NCBI GenBank assembly: GCA_964364175.1
Contig: CAYILR010000014.1
Coordinates: 4,335 to 68,334, forward strand
Reading direction: 5' to 3'
Source: an uncultured Bacteriovoracaceae bacterium
GTDB taxonomy: Bacteria; Bdellovibrionota; UBA1018
DNA length: 64,000 nucleotides
Shown here: one piece after another, positions 9,000-18,783 of the stretch
How positions within the stretch are numbered: the first letter of the stretch is position 1
Layout of the letters: each line of letters opens with the position of its first letter
Translations under genes and position numbers: made by a program
Notes under the pieces: model-generated
What the model saw: only the letters and a program-made list of their open reading frames with translations
The model's database searches: none
What the model was told of the DNA's origin: nothing

Positions 9000-9284
9000 G
9001 TGAAGGCAGTCTACGGTTCACGACTTCTTAACGATAACGGAAATGTTCTGGGGCTGAACGCTGCCGATCTCGTCAGTGGTGTTGCTGTATTGATTGTTTC
9101 CGCCGAAATTCTCAAGCCTCTCGGTATCGAAGTATTTTCGGTGCCTCTGGCTTGTTTGTCAATCGTGATGCTGATTCCGGTACGCCTCCGTTACCGACGA
9201 AAAATCATTCGAGACACCATCCGGGCATATTTGTTTCCGAGAGGATTTAAAAATGGCATTTCTAGGGTACGCAGAATTTCCTGA
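9000..9284 (+). CDS. VirB3/TraL-like small membrane protein
   Basis: 94 aa with two TM segments and a basic tail, overlapping the start of the VirB4 gene. Confidence 0.6.
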   Translation: MKAVYGSRLLNDNGNVLGLNAADLVSGVAVLIVSAEILKPLGIEVFSVPLACLSIVMLIPVRLRYRRKIIRDTIRAYLFPRGFKNGISRVRRIS

Positions 9285-11481
9285 ACTCTCACACATCGAG
9301 TTGCCTGCACCAGACGACGCGTATTTTGTAACGGTCGGAGGTCGTGTCGGTACTATTTTTAGAATGCTGCTCGTGGATCTCGAAGAGCCTGAATTTTTGT
9401 CACGTTTTGAAGCCTACAGTCATCACCTCGCGCGTCTGAAACCTGGCGTGACCGCCAAATGGATTTTGCGAACCGTTCAAATACACGAGGCTGTTGGGAA
9501 TGGTTCACGAAAAGAAGCCATCGCGTGTTTGGGTTGGACAAGAAAAGAACTCTGGATTGTGCTCGAAACTTCACCCAGAGTTTCCACTTTCGCTCGGATT
9601 CTTAAACAACCGTTTCAGGGCAAAGCTCATTCGAGCTTTGAGAAAGAGATTCTGTTTTTAAAGCAATCGGGCGATTTTGAATTTTTGACTGAACAGGGTG
9701 CCAAGCGATGTGGTGAAGACGAAATTCGCGCTTTTTTTCCTCATTCTCAAAGCGAACCCCTTCAAACTCGTACTGGACTTGAGACAGGTACCGATCACGT
9801 GGGCGTTGTAAGGCTTTGGCGACAGGGCGTGAACGCTCTTGAACCCAGCACATTGGCGCTGATGTGCGAGCGGATTCCGCCACCTTACGAGATCGTGGTT
9901 CAGTTGCGAAAACTCCCCGAGGTGCGCTCCCAATATATTTTGCAGCGAATGCATGGACAAAAGGCACATTCGGTTCAATCCACAGCGGCACGTGGACTTG
10001 AGACTGCCGATCGTCTTTTGGAAGAGACACTGCTCTCTGGAAAATCCATGGTCGAGATCGAGTGGCTTTTAGTGCTCAAACGTCCTTCTGAAGAAACCCT
10101 TAAAACTGACACGGCCAAATCTCTGCGCATTTTGGAGTCGCTCGGGGATCTTTTGGCCGAAGTGCAAGGTGTGCTTCCCAGCTATGTGGCTACTTTTCCA
10201 GGAGCTGAGCCTCACCACCTGTTTTTAGAACTTGATGAAACCGCGACTTACTATTTGCCCGTGTTTACTCGCGGAGAGGCGCAAACCGACACTATGCCTG
10301 AGCTCCGTGCGCTTTCGCTCCACCGAAGAGATGGATCGCTCTATCATTTCGATTTATTTCGAAAAGGTTACGACGGCGCCAACTGCTTGATCAATGGCCG
10401 TCGAGGCAAAGGAAAAAGCGTTCTTGCAAACTTGATTTCGACAAGTCTTTTACAAGACCCGTCTGTGCGTCTCATCAAAGTCGATGTGGGTGGATCGTAT
10501 GTCAAAGAATGTGAACTCTATCAGGGCCAACATATTCAGTTTAATTTGTCCGAACCCTCTGGACTGAACCCATTTGCACTTTTGGGACAAACGGAGCTGA
10601 TGGAGGATGCGTCCGTGATTGTGGCGGGCTTTCTTTCGACTTTGATTTTGGATGGAAAAGAAACGCTGCTTTCCAAGGAAATTCAGAGTGCCGTCGAAAA
10701 AGCAGTACTTGCCTATGCCGAGGCTCGCAGGCAACAGGCGTCGCTCGAAGATTTTTTGACCTTTTCGAAGGATTTACCGAGACGGAGTTTGCTGGAGCGG
10801 TTTTCTGCGGGCGGAATTTTTTCAAATGTCCTCAAGGATAAAGACAATAACGCCGGAATTTTGGGTAGCCGCTATGTGTATTTCAACTTTGAGCGACTTC
10901 AAAATGCTGCCAACGAAGATTTTGCCCAAGCCGTCATGGCCGCAGTCATTGCTTCAGTCAATCTGGAGGTGTTGCGTGCGGGAGATGCAAGGCGAGGTGC
11001 TAAAAACCGGGTGGTCTTTTTTGCGGATGAGACGCCATTTTTTATTCAAAGAAACGGCCGGTTTTTTAAGCTCACGACCGCCAATTTTAGAAAATTTGGT
11101 CATGGCACCATTCTGATCGCTCAAACTACACAAGACTTTGCGCTCCCAAAAGACGGTGGTGGCGTGGATTATGGGATTTTGATCAACAGTCCGATCCGAT
11201 TTTTCTATCAAGTGGATGACGAAGTAAATGCGTTTCGAGAGCGCTTTGGGCTTACCAACCAACAAACACAGGAAATTCAAAATCTCAGGCGCTTTGACTC
11301 CTATCGTGAGGTTTTTTTGCAAGATGAACTCGGTGGGCGAGTTTTGCAGGTTGCCGTGACCCCCGAAGAGTATTGGCGGGTGACCTCGTCGCGTGCAGAC
11401 AATGAAAAATTGCAGGCGCTGCTGAGCGCCGTGCCCGGTCTAAGATTAGAGGAGGCGATTCGATGTCTGACTGCCGAGTGA
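9253..11481 (+). CDS. virB4: VirB4/TraC-family T4SS ATPase
   Basis: Walker A GRRGKGKS, VDVGGSY, LNPF, Walker B FFADE and FRKFG...IAQ motif. Confidence 0.9.
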   Translation: MAFLGYAEFPELSHIELPAPDDAYFVTVGGRVGTIFRMLLVDLEEPEFLSRFEAYSHHLARLKPGVTAKWILRTVQIHEAVGNGSRKEAIACLGWTRKELWIVLETSPRVSTFARILKQPFQGKAHSSFEKEILFLKQSGDFEFLTEQGAKRCGEDEIRAFFPHSQSEPLQTRTGLETGTDHVGVVRLWRQGVNALEPSTLALMCERIPPPYEIVVQLRKLPEVRSQYILQRMHGQKAHSVQSTAARGLETADRLLEETLLSGKSMVEIEWLLVLKRPSEETLKTDTAKSLRILESLGDLLAEVQGVLPSYVATFPGAEPHHLFLELDETATYYLPVFTRGEAQTDTMPELRALSLHRRDGSLYHFDLFRKGYDGANCLINGRRGKGKSVLANLISTSLLQDPSVRLIKVDVGGSYVKECELYQGQHIQFNLSEPSGLNPFALLGQTELMEDASVIVAGFLSTLILDGKETLLSKEIQSAVEKAVLAYAEARRQQASLEDFLTFSKDLPRRSLLERFSAGGIFSNVLKDKDNNAGILGSRYVYFNFERLQNAANEDFAQAVMAAVIASVNLEVLRAGDARRGAKNRVVFFADETPFFIQRNGRFFKLTTANFRKFGHGTILIAQTTQDFALPKDGGGVDYGILINSPIRFFYQVDDEVNAFRERFGLTNQQTQEIQNLRRFDSYREVFLQDELGGRVLQVAVTPEEYWRVTSSRADNEKLQALLSAVPGLRLEEAIRCLTAE

Positions 11482-12860
11482 ATCGATTACTTGCAACGAG
11501 TATGGGAGTAGCGTGCTTGCTTGAAAGCGCGCAAGCTTTTGCAATCGATCCCTTCACCATCTTGGCCGCTGGAAGTGCTGCTACGAGTGCCGTGCAAACG
11601 GTCGCAGGTGCTTCTTCGCAAGGAGCCGAAGTTGGGGCTTCGCTCGATGCACTATCGGAGCTTACGTCAGAGCTGGGTCTCGGCGATGACAGCAGCCAAG
11701 ATCCACAAAAGATTGCTCGGAAAATCCAGGCAATCGAGGCGTTGGCGTTGGACCTTGGGTACACGCATGACGAAGCTCAGGACATTGTGGGCCAGGATCG
11801 CGATTCGTCACAAAACTTGTCTCTGACCCTCGGAAAAATCACTCGTTCAGTGAGACTGGGAAAGCATTTGTTGCTTTTGGCCGGAGTTTCGACACAAAAA
11901 GCGGCTGAAATTTCTACTTTGGATCAAGGGTTCGGGCAAAATGACGAAAAGAAAATCCTCTCTGACATTTATTCCTATTTGATTCGAAAAGATTTGTCGG
12001 CCAAAGAAGCTGAACTTAAAAAGAACAAGCAAGTTGTCGAAGAGATCAAGCTTCTCGGTAAATTTCTTAAATCAGTTGCACCGAGCGGGAATCTCAATTT
12101 GTTCCCCGTCCAAAGATCCATTGTCAAAAAAGCCATCGACGTTTTTCGTTCGTACTCAAATCTGATTCTGGGACTCGTAGCAATGGTATTTGTGAGTCGG
12201 ATTCTTCATTACCAGTTTACTTTTTCTCCTCCAGAAAAATACGGCGATTTGGTCATCGACACGCTTTCCTGCTTTTTTCTGATGATGGTGTTTCCGCTGC
12301 TCTACGGGTACATGGCTGAGTATTCCGAGGCATTGTCTCTTAAGCTCAGTCAGCTTTTTCATGTCACTGGCCCCAAGTTTCCGGAATCTCCTAGGTTATT
12401 TGGACACGTTTTTCCGTGGTGGCTGCAACCGGCAGTGCTCAAAACGCTGATTTACCTGCTTGTGTACTCGATTTTTAATCTGATTTTGGCGGTTCTCATC
12501 GCACTTGGCCCCATCATGATTTTCTCAGGAACGATGTTGGGATTTTCTGGGCAGCTTAGTTCCTATTTTGGTTGGCTACTGATCATTTGGCTTTGGCCCG
12601 TGGTGTGGAATGTTGCGGGGTTTTTTGCCAACTCCCTATGGGATGGACGCGATCTGACGGCTGGTGGGATTGCGGAAACTGCTCTGGCTGTTGTTTTCTA
12701 CGCGTTCCAACTGATTTCGCCCCTCGTGCTGTTGAGACACTTGGAAAAATCATCTCTCGGACAGGCTGTCGGAAATACATTTAAGCGAAAATCAACCAAA
12801 ACCACCGTGCAAACCTACTCGACAGAAAATCCCGCAACCGCAGGAGGCCAAGGTCTATGA
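11463..12860 (+). CDS. VirB6-like polytopic membrane protein with N-terminal periplasmic helical domain
   Basis: Signal peptide, about 200-aa soluble region, then 5-6 TM helices including LIALGPIMI. Located after virB4. Confidence 0.65.
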   Translation: MSDCRVNRLLATSMGVACLLESAQAFAIDPFTILAAGSAATSAVQTVAGASSQGAEVGASLDALSELTSELGLGDDSSQDPQKIARKIQAIEALALDLGYTHDEAQDIVGQDRDSSQNLSLTLGKITRSVRLGKHLLLLAGVSTQKAAEISTLDQGFGQNDEKKILSDIYSYLIRKDLSAKEAELKKNKQVVEEIKLLGKFLKSVAPSGNLNLFPVQRSIVKKAIDVFRSYSNLILGLVAMVFVSRILHYQFTFSPPEKYGDLVIDTLSCFFLMMVFPLLYGYMAEYSEALSLKLSQLFHVTGPKFPESPRLFGHVFPWWLQPAVLKTLIYLLVYSIFNLILAVLIALGPIMIFSGTMLGFSGQLSSYFGWLLIIWLWPVVWNVAGFFANSLWDGRDLTAGGIAETALAVVFYAFQLISPLVLLRHLEKSSLGQAVGNTFKRKSTKTTVQTYSTENPATAGGQGL

Positions 12861-13414
12861 AAATCTCGATTCAACCTTACATTCGATACAAACTTCTCAT
12901 GGGCATGGTCATTGCCCTGCTGTTTGCCTGGGCAGTGACGGCCACGGTGGTTGCCTTCAAGTTGCAGCCTCAGGTGATCCTGGTAGGCACCGACGAAAAC
13001 GGTACTCGCCTGATTACAACCCAAACCGATCCCATGCTTTCGCGCGAACGGATCAAGTTTATCAAAGAGTTTCTCTATTCATTCTATAATTATTCCTCAG
13101 ACGATTATGAAAAAGCCATGAATCAAGCAGGTGGTCTCATGGCCGATTCGCTTTGGATCGAAAAAGAAAAAGAGCTTCATACGACCTTGAATCAAATGAA
13201 GCAAACCCCACTGAGCCAAGAGGTGCGGCTTTTGGATCTGCGAGAAGTGGCAGACACGGAGTTTGAAGTCGATCTGGGAGTAAAGATCCAAACGCGCCTT
13301 CAGTCCAAAGAAACCAAATACCGGGTTGATGTCAAAATTGGCTCGCGAAAACGAGGGACCGAAAATCCCTATCCTTGGGAGGTGTTGAGTGTTCACGAAA
13401 CAGAGATCCATTAG
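12857..13414 (+). CDS. VirB8/TraE-like protein
   Basis: Single N-terminal TM, NTF2-like pattern and C-terminal R..ENPYPWEV motif. Confidence 0.7.
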   Translation: MKISIQPYIRYKLLMGMVIALLFAWAVTATVVAFKLQPQVILVGTDENGTRLITTQTDPMLSRERIKFIKEFLYSFYNYSSDDYEKAMNQAGGLMADSLWIEKEKELHTTLNQMKQTPLSQEVRLLDLREVADTEFEVDLGVKIQTRLQSKETKYRVDVKIGSRKRGTENPYPWEVLSVHETEIH

Positions 13415-13904
13415 GGTTGCAGCTGTCCTGTGTTGGATTGTAGAAATTTCATCAATTTTGGCCGCCGAGCTTCCCGGACGCATCAGCTCGCAGCTTGCGG
13501 ATTTGGGCGAAGTCCACAAACTCTATTTGGCGCAAGGGTTGGCCTCGGTAGTTCAACTTCCTTATCCGATCACTGAGGTGAAGCTGGGTAATCCAGACGA
13601 CATTCAGGCCGTCATTTCAAAGACGCTTCCGTCGGAGGTCACTCTGATTCTGAAGAGGTCTACTGTTCAACCCACGAACCTCATCATTCGCTGCGGGGTC
13701 AGAACATTTGTTTTTGATGTGATTCCATCCAAGAAAACGCATCAGGATCTTGTGCGGATTTCTGGGAGCTATGGGGCTCCGCAGATGCAGGACATGGGTG
13801 CGGTGCTGATTGATTCCAGTCGGGGCAAAGAGGCTGCTAAAGAGAACGCTCCTAAATCCAGCGATATGGTGTTGATTGATTCGAGTGCTGGAGGTCACGA
13901 ATGA
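13389..13904 (+). CDS. VirB9/TraK-like core complex protein (short)
   Basis: Signal peptide and beta-rich domain (VVQLPYPITEVKLG, TNLII), between virB8- and virB10-like genes. Confidence 0.6.
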   Translation: MFTKQRSIRVAAVLCWIVEISSILAAELPGRISSQLADLGEVHKLYLAQGLASVVQLPYPITEVKLGNPDDIQAVISKTLPSEVTLILKRSTVQPTNLIIRCGVRTFVFDVIPSKKTHQDLVRISGSYGAPQMQDMGAVLIDSSRGKEAAKENAPKSSDMVLIDSSAGGHE

Positions 13905-14776
13905 TTGCGTGGTTTGGGTTTTTGACGGCACTCGCTTGGGCTGATCCTGCGCCTCCACCGCGGGGGTTGAGTCGTTGCGCCGCTCATCCATCGGAATGCG
14001 GTTGGAATCATGATGTAGGGCAACCTAAAGAACGAAACCCTAGTGCTTCGAATACTGCTGCGTCAGCGGACAGCAAATCCAAAAAAACTTCAGTCAAAGT
14101 AGCCAAGCCCGTGGCCATTGAAATGCCAGGAAACCTTCCCGCTTATCAAACGGCAAACGCACGGGCTGCTACCGAGGCTTCCGACGAAATCGTGATTGTC
14201 GCCGAAAAACCTCTGGGGGCTTTGCTCCCTGGACTCCGAGCCGGAGATATTCTCCAGGCCGAAATTGAGCAGTCCATCAAGGCTTCACCCAGCGTGCCTA
14301 CACCTGTTCGAGCGCGGGTCACTCAGGGGCGCTTTCGCGGAGCATTTGTTTTGGGGTCCGCAACTTTTGATCGTGAACTCAAACGGGTACTCCTCGTATT
14401 TGAGCACATGCGACTACCCGGAAACGAGACCACCTATGCTCTCAAAGCAACAGGCTTGGCGGCCAGTGGGCAAGTGGGTCTCGAAGGTGACTACCACACG
14501 CAAGAGGGACTTTTCTTTGCTGCCGAGATTTTGACCGCGGGCGCTGCAGGCTACGCGGACGCGACGACGCAAAGAAATCAGACTCTGCTGGGCACTTACC
14601 AGACCGCGCCTACTCTCGCTAATGCGTCGAAACAAGGAGCCGTGACCGCTCTCTCGAAATCAGCAGAACGTTTTGCCGAGCGTGAGCGCACGGCTCCTGA
14701 GTACACCGAAATCGAAGGTGGGCGCGAGATTCAAATCATTCTCGAAGCGAGTCCAACAGAGAGTACAGGCACATGA
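13901..14776 (+). CDS. VirB10/TraB/TrbI-like protein
   Basis: Pro-rich N-terminus then TrbI-like domain (GDILQA, PVRARV, GLEG, YTEIEGG). Confidence 0.75.
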   Translation: MIAWFGFLTALAWADPAPPPRGLSRCAAHPSECGWNHDVGQPKERNPSASNTAASADSKSKKTSVKVAKPVAIEMPGNLPAYQTANARAATEASDEIVIVAEKPLGALLPGLRAGDILQAEIEQSIKASPSVPTPVRARVTQGRFRGAFVLGSATFDRELKRVLLVFEHMRLPGNETTYALKATGLAASGQVGLEGDYHTQEGLFFAAEILTAGAAGYADATTQRNQTLLGTYQTAPTLANASKQGAVTALSKSAERFAERERTAPEYTEIEGGREIQIILEASPTESTGT

Positions 14777-14860
14777 GAGTAATTCGAAATCACTTCAATC
14801 CAACCAGAGGAGTCGGTGGAGGAATCATCAGAGGAGAACTCTGCTCTAGCGACTCCTCCA

Positions 14861-15015
14861 CCCCCACTGGGAATTTGTCTTTATTTTCGAATACCTGTGT
14901 AAATGTTGCGCGGCGACCGAATCCACACCCCGCCCCCACAACGACATGTGAGCGGGGTGTGGATTCGGTCTGGACAAATTTAACAGTGAAAACAAAGACA
15001 AATTCCCAGTGGGGG
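14861..15015. repeat. Nested long inverted repeat, candidate oriT
   Basis: Perfect 22-bp outer arms (14861-14882/14994-15015) and perfect 19-bp inner arms (14915-14933/14952-14970), just upstream of the relaxase. Confidence 0.75.
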
Positions 15016-15062
15016 CGGTTGGGTTCAAGTGGGGTTGAGGGTGGGGTTCTGGGGGTGGAGGG

Positions 15063-15746
15063 ATGGTAATACAAAAACGGGACCAGGAAATCCTAAGAGT
15101 CTGCTATGAGCAGCAGTTTCTGACAACAGAGCACGTGATTCAGTATTTTTTTAAAGTGGGTCAGTGGAGGCGTGCGTATGAGAGGATTTCGGAACTGAAG
15201 TCAGGTGGCTTTTTACGGGCTGAAAAGAATGTGCTTTTTGATCAGCTTCAGATTTTACGACTGACCTCTTACGGACAACGTCTAGTGCTTTCAAGCGCCC
15301 CAATCGAAGTTCCTCAGGTCAGACGCCTAGATCCCAGGACTCTGGTTCACGATACGATTGTGACTTCTGTGAGACTGAGACTTTCCGATTTTTGGGATGG
15401 AAGTTGGATTCCCGAGCGGGTGATCAAACAAGACGAATATCCTCAAATTCCAGATGGGCTATTTGTTTTTCAGAGTGGCAAGAAAGTGGCCGTCGAAGTC
15501 GAAAATTCTCCCAAAGACAGAGCTCGATTTTTTCAGAATATGGAGCGTTGGCGAAAAACGGACGTCAAGCTCGTGCTTTTTATAGCGACGACGCCGGCGC
15601 TTGTTGCGCGTATCGAAGGCTATTTGAAGGAAGGACCGCAAGGTCTTCCGCTGGCTCTGGTCTTTTGGGACGAACTCAAAAAGCGTGCAGTAAAAGTGTG
15701 GACCCCATCGGGTTCGGTCGATGTTTTTAATCGGAAGGAATATTAA
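15063..15746 (+). CDS. Relaxase, MOBC/Replic_Relax family
   Basis: N-terminal winged helix (RDQEILR...FLT), HD, and PDG...VAVEVENSPKDRARF matching the MOBC D-xn-ExE-x3-K-x3-R(Y/F) pattern. Adjacent to the coupling protein. Confidence 0.8.
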   Translation: MVIQKRDQEILRVCYEQQFLTTEHVIQYFFKVGQWRRAYERISELKSGGFLRAEKNVLFDQLQILRLTSYGQRLVLSSAPIEVPQVRRLDPRTLVHDTIVTSVRLRLSDFWDGSWIPERVIKQDEYPQIPDGLFVFQSGKKVAVEVENSPKDRARFFQNMERWRKTDVKLVLFIATTPALVARIEGYLKEGPQGLPLALVFWDELKKRAVKVWTPSGSVDVFNRKEY

Positions 15747-15747
15747 A

Positions 15748-17256
15748 ATGCTGAAGCATCATTATCAAAGTTGGTATGGAGAAAATTTTCACCTGACAGG
15801 CACCCAGTGGAATGCGGTGTTAGTTTTGGTTTTGGGTCTTGCTGCTCTCTCAGCACTGAGGCCCAAGCTGGTTTCGCAGTTACTGATGAGTTTCTTACAA
15901 AAGCTGCTCTCCCTGCTCAGAATCAAAAAAGCGGGCCCAGGCATTGAAGTGGCTGGGGAATGGTTGTCCGACGAAGCACGCCTCAGACACACGCAAATTT
16001 CTGGAGCGACCGGCACCGGTAAAACTCTGCTCATGGAACAGATCATCTATGGGGATATCGCTAGGGGACATGGCGCGATGATCATTGATCCCAAAGGAGA
16101 TCGTGAGTTTTATGACCGACTGAAGAAATTCTGCAAATCCATCGGACGCGAAAAGGATCTGCACTTTTTGTCAGCATCCTGGCCTGACGAAAGTGTGCGG
16201 TGGAATCCGTGTCGGTTAGGAAATTCGTCAGAGCTGCAAAGCAAGTGGTTTAGATCGGGAGTTTACCGCGAACCGTTTTACGCTACCGCTTGCGAGCTAG
16301 CACTCTTGGAAGCATTCAACGCTCTTTTGATTGGAGAGTCCGATGGATTTACGCTTTCGGATCTCGTAAGACAGCTTGAGGTTCAGTCGAAAGCATCCAA
16401 AAACCAAAACGTCGAGGGATTGTACAACGAGCTTAAGAACTTTGCGTTCGGTGAATGGGGTCCGATCCTTTGCGCAGCACCCGCCCTTCGCGGACAGCAA
16501 GCGAATAGAGAAGTAACGCTGCTTGAGATTACGCAAAAAAATGAAATTCTATTCGTGGATTTACCAACAGAGTCCAAGGCGATTCAGAGCGCGCGGGTAG
16601 GAAAATTACTCCTTCAGGAAATCATGCTGATCTCCGGGCTCAGGAAACACTACTCAGAGCTCAAAAGTAAGTCGCCATTTTCAATTTTTGTGGACGAGTT
16701 CGATGCGTTTGCCACCGAAAATTTTGTGACATTCCAGAATAAAGGACGGTCGTCCGAGTTCATGATCCACATCGCGCATCAGACGCTAAGTGACTTGGAT
16801 CGGATCAGCCCTACGTTTAAAGGACAGATCATGGGCAATTGCAACGTTCGGTATATTTTTAGGCAGGACTTCCCCGATGACGCCGAAATGTGGTCGCGGT
16901 TTTTGGGAACAAAATCTGTCGTCAAAAAGACGTTTCAAACCAAGGATGGCTTCTGGACTGGAAGTTCTTCCAATCGAGAGACTCAGGAATTTGTGATCCA
17001 TCCCGATCGCATCAAAAACATGGGCACCGGACAGTGTATTTTTAGCGTCAAAACCGACAGCATACTCAAAGAACTCAAAATTCCGTTTCCTCTCAAACTA
17101 CCCAAACGAAAAGCAGGTCGGCTTTTGCGGGGTGAAACAAAAGCGTCCCCCGCGCCTGATTTTAACCAAGCCACGAGTGAGCTAGGTGGGATTTTGGAAG
17201 AAGCTAGGAAATCAAAAACTGTGATTGGAAAGAGGGGTAACAATGGGTACAATTGA
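15748..17256 (+). CDS. virD4: Type IV coupling protein (VirD4/TraD family)
   Basis: N-terminal TM, Walker A GATGTGKT, IDPKG, WNP, Walker B FVDEF, KGRS...HQ. Confidence 0.9.
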   Translation: MLKHHYQSWYGENFHLTGTQWNAVLVLVLGLAALSALRPKLVSQLLMSFLQKLLSLLRIKKAGPGIEVAGEWLSDEARLRHTQISGATGTGKTLLMEQIIYGDIARGHGAMIIDPKGDREFYDRLKKFCKSIGREKDLHFLSASWPDESVRWNPCRLGNSSELQSKWFRSGVYREPFYATACELALLEAFNALLIGESDGFTLSDLVRQLEVQSKASKNQNVEGLYNELKNFAFGEWGPILCAAPALRGQQANREVTLLEITQKNEILFVDLPTESKAIQSARVGKLLLQEIMLISGLRKHYSELKSKSPFSIFVDEFDAFATENFVTFQNKGRSSEFMIHIAHQTLSDLDRISPTFKGQIMGNCNVRYIFRQDFPDDAEMWSRFLGTKSVVKKTFQTKDGFWTGSSSNRETQEFVIHPDRIKNMGTGQCIFSVKTDSILKELKIPFPLKLPKRKAGRLLRGETKASPAPDFNQATSELGGILEEARKSKTVIGKRGNNGYN

Positions 17257-17461
17257 AAATGCGACTGACAGGGAGCCAGATGAAGTGCTGGAGTGCCTCA
17301 CCTGGTTGGATTCAAAAGAGGCTGCGAAGTATCTTCGTAAAACAGCCAATGCGTTAAGAATCATGGTGTACCGGGGTTATCTCCGGCCCAGGCGATTCCG
17401 GCATAGGCTCTATTTTCGAAGAATCGAACTCGATCGACTGTTGGAATCCTCACCATTTTGA
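17243..17461 (+). CDS. xis: Excisionase-like HTH (HTH_17)
   Basis: WLDSKEAAKYL...RLYFRRIELD pattern, immediately upstream of the integrase. Confidence 0.8.
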   Translation: MGTIENATDREPDEVLECLTWLDSKEAAKYLRKTANALRIMVYRGYLRPRRFRHRLYFRRIELDRLLESSPF

Positions 17462-17462
17462 A

Positions 17463-18695
17463 ATGGGAGGAATGATGGCGGTCACAAAATACGAAAAAGA
17501 CGGGAAAGTTTTCTGGCAGGTGTACGTCGGCATGCGCGGGCGCAAGAATTCGCGCGCGCGCGTGCAGAAACGAATCACAGGAATCACTTCAGAGCGCGAG
17601 GCCATTTCGACTGAAAAACGTCTCCTGCGCGACCTGTCCGAAGAGCTGACAAAGGTCGAAGCGAAAGGTGCCTTCTGGGGCGAAGTCGTCGAGCGTTGGG
17701 CTCGCCACCAAGAGCTTTACCCATCTCGGCGTTACGCGGCGACGACCGTCCAGGACTATGTTGCCATGCTATACAACTGGACGGCGCCTTGGCTCAACCG
17801 GGTCGCCAGCGAGATCAATCGCGGCGATGGGCGCGAAATCATGCGGCAGGCCGAGGATGCCGGAAAAAGTGCAAGTCTCCGTAAAAACCTCAAGTACACC
17901 ATCGGCCAGGTCTATCGCTGGGGAATTGATGAGCGTCTGATCAATGGCGTAACCGAAACCCCGGTACACGGTCTTGAACTTACTCGTGATCGTGAGGAGA
18001 AACGCCCTGACATTCTGACGGTCGAAGAAATTCGCGACTTGCTTCGCAAGGCCAAGGAGCAAAAGCATCCTTGGTATCCAGTCTGGGTGGGCGCCGTGCT
18101 CACCGGCTGTCGTAGCGGAGAACTCCATCAGATGAGAAGGTCCGATCTCGAAGTGGTCTCACGCGATCAAGCCATAGAGGAAAGCAAAAAGCCGTTCGAT
18201 AAGCGCCGATTCGGATTCTTGCGCGTCCGCAAAAGCTGGAACACGCGTGCCAAACAAGCTGGTCCGACCAAGGCGGGCTACTGGCGCAATGTGCCCGTGT
18301 CGAGCGAATTCTACTGGGTTCTAATTCACGATCTTAGAATCGAAAAGATGTCACCAAACGACTTTATTTTTCCAAGAGCCTGGGAGTGGGACAAGGGCGA
18401 ACAAGCCCGCGTGCTCCGCACTTTTTGCATTGGGAACGGACTGCCGTCAGTCAGATTCCACGCCTTGCGTGCCTGTTTCGCGACTCAGCTCATTTCGACA
18501 GGAATTCCCGCGACAGTGGTGATGAAAATCTGCGGATGGAAGGACTTAAAAACCATGCAAAGATACATCCGTCTGGCTGGTGTTGATGAAGCCGGTGCCA
18601 CAGAAGTGCTCCGGTTCGTTCCGACCGAGGAAGCGGTCATGGAGAAGGTAGTGAACCTTTATGGACGCCAAGGGGGCAAGGGTAGCAATGACTAG
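17463..18695 (+). CDS. int: Tyrosine recombinase/integrase
   Basis: TGCRSGE, FHALR, GW and TMQRY catalytic motifs. The true start is probably 17472 or 17475. Confidence 0.93.
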   Translation: MGGMMAVTKYEKDGKVFWQVYVGMRGRKNSRARVQKRITGITSEREAISTEKRLLRDLSEELTKVEAKGAFWGEVVERWARHQELYPSRRYAATTVQDYVAMLYNWTAPWLNRVASEINRGDGREIMRQAEDAGKSASLRKNLKYTIGQVYRWGIDERLINGVTETPVHGLELTRDREEKRPDILTVEEIRDLLRKAKEQKHPWYPVWVGAVLTGCRSGELHQMRRSDLEVVSRDQAIEESKKPFDKRRFGFLRVRKSWNTRAKQAGPTKAGYWRNVPVSSEFYWVLIHDLRIEKMSPNDFIFPRAWEWDKGEQARVLRTFCIGNGLPSVRFHALRACFATQLISTGIPATVVMKICGWKDLKTMQRYIRLAGVDEAGATEVLRFVPTEEAVMEKVVNLYGRQGGKGSND

Positions 18696-18727
18696 TTATT
18701 CTATCTATCTGACTTCATTGAATAATA

Positions 18728-18776
18728 ATTTTAATATTGGCACTACATTTACATTTTATTGTGCCGATATTAAAAT
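18728..18776. promoter_or_regulatory. Inverted repeat operator upstream of abiEi
   Basis: ATTTTAATATTGGCAC-N17-GTGCCGATATTAAAAT (15/16 match). AbiEi proteins autorepress through inverted repeats. Confidence 0.6.
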
Positions 18777-18783
18777 AAAGGTC

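Noticed and set aside
14773-15074. Three overlapping short ORFs on both strands
   Set aside because: They share peptides (PTGNLSLFS, RPNPHPA) only because the DNA is an inverted repeat. The region is better explained as non-coding.
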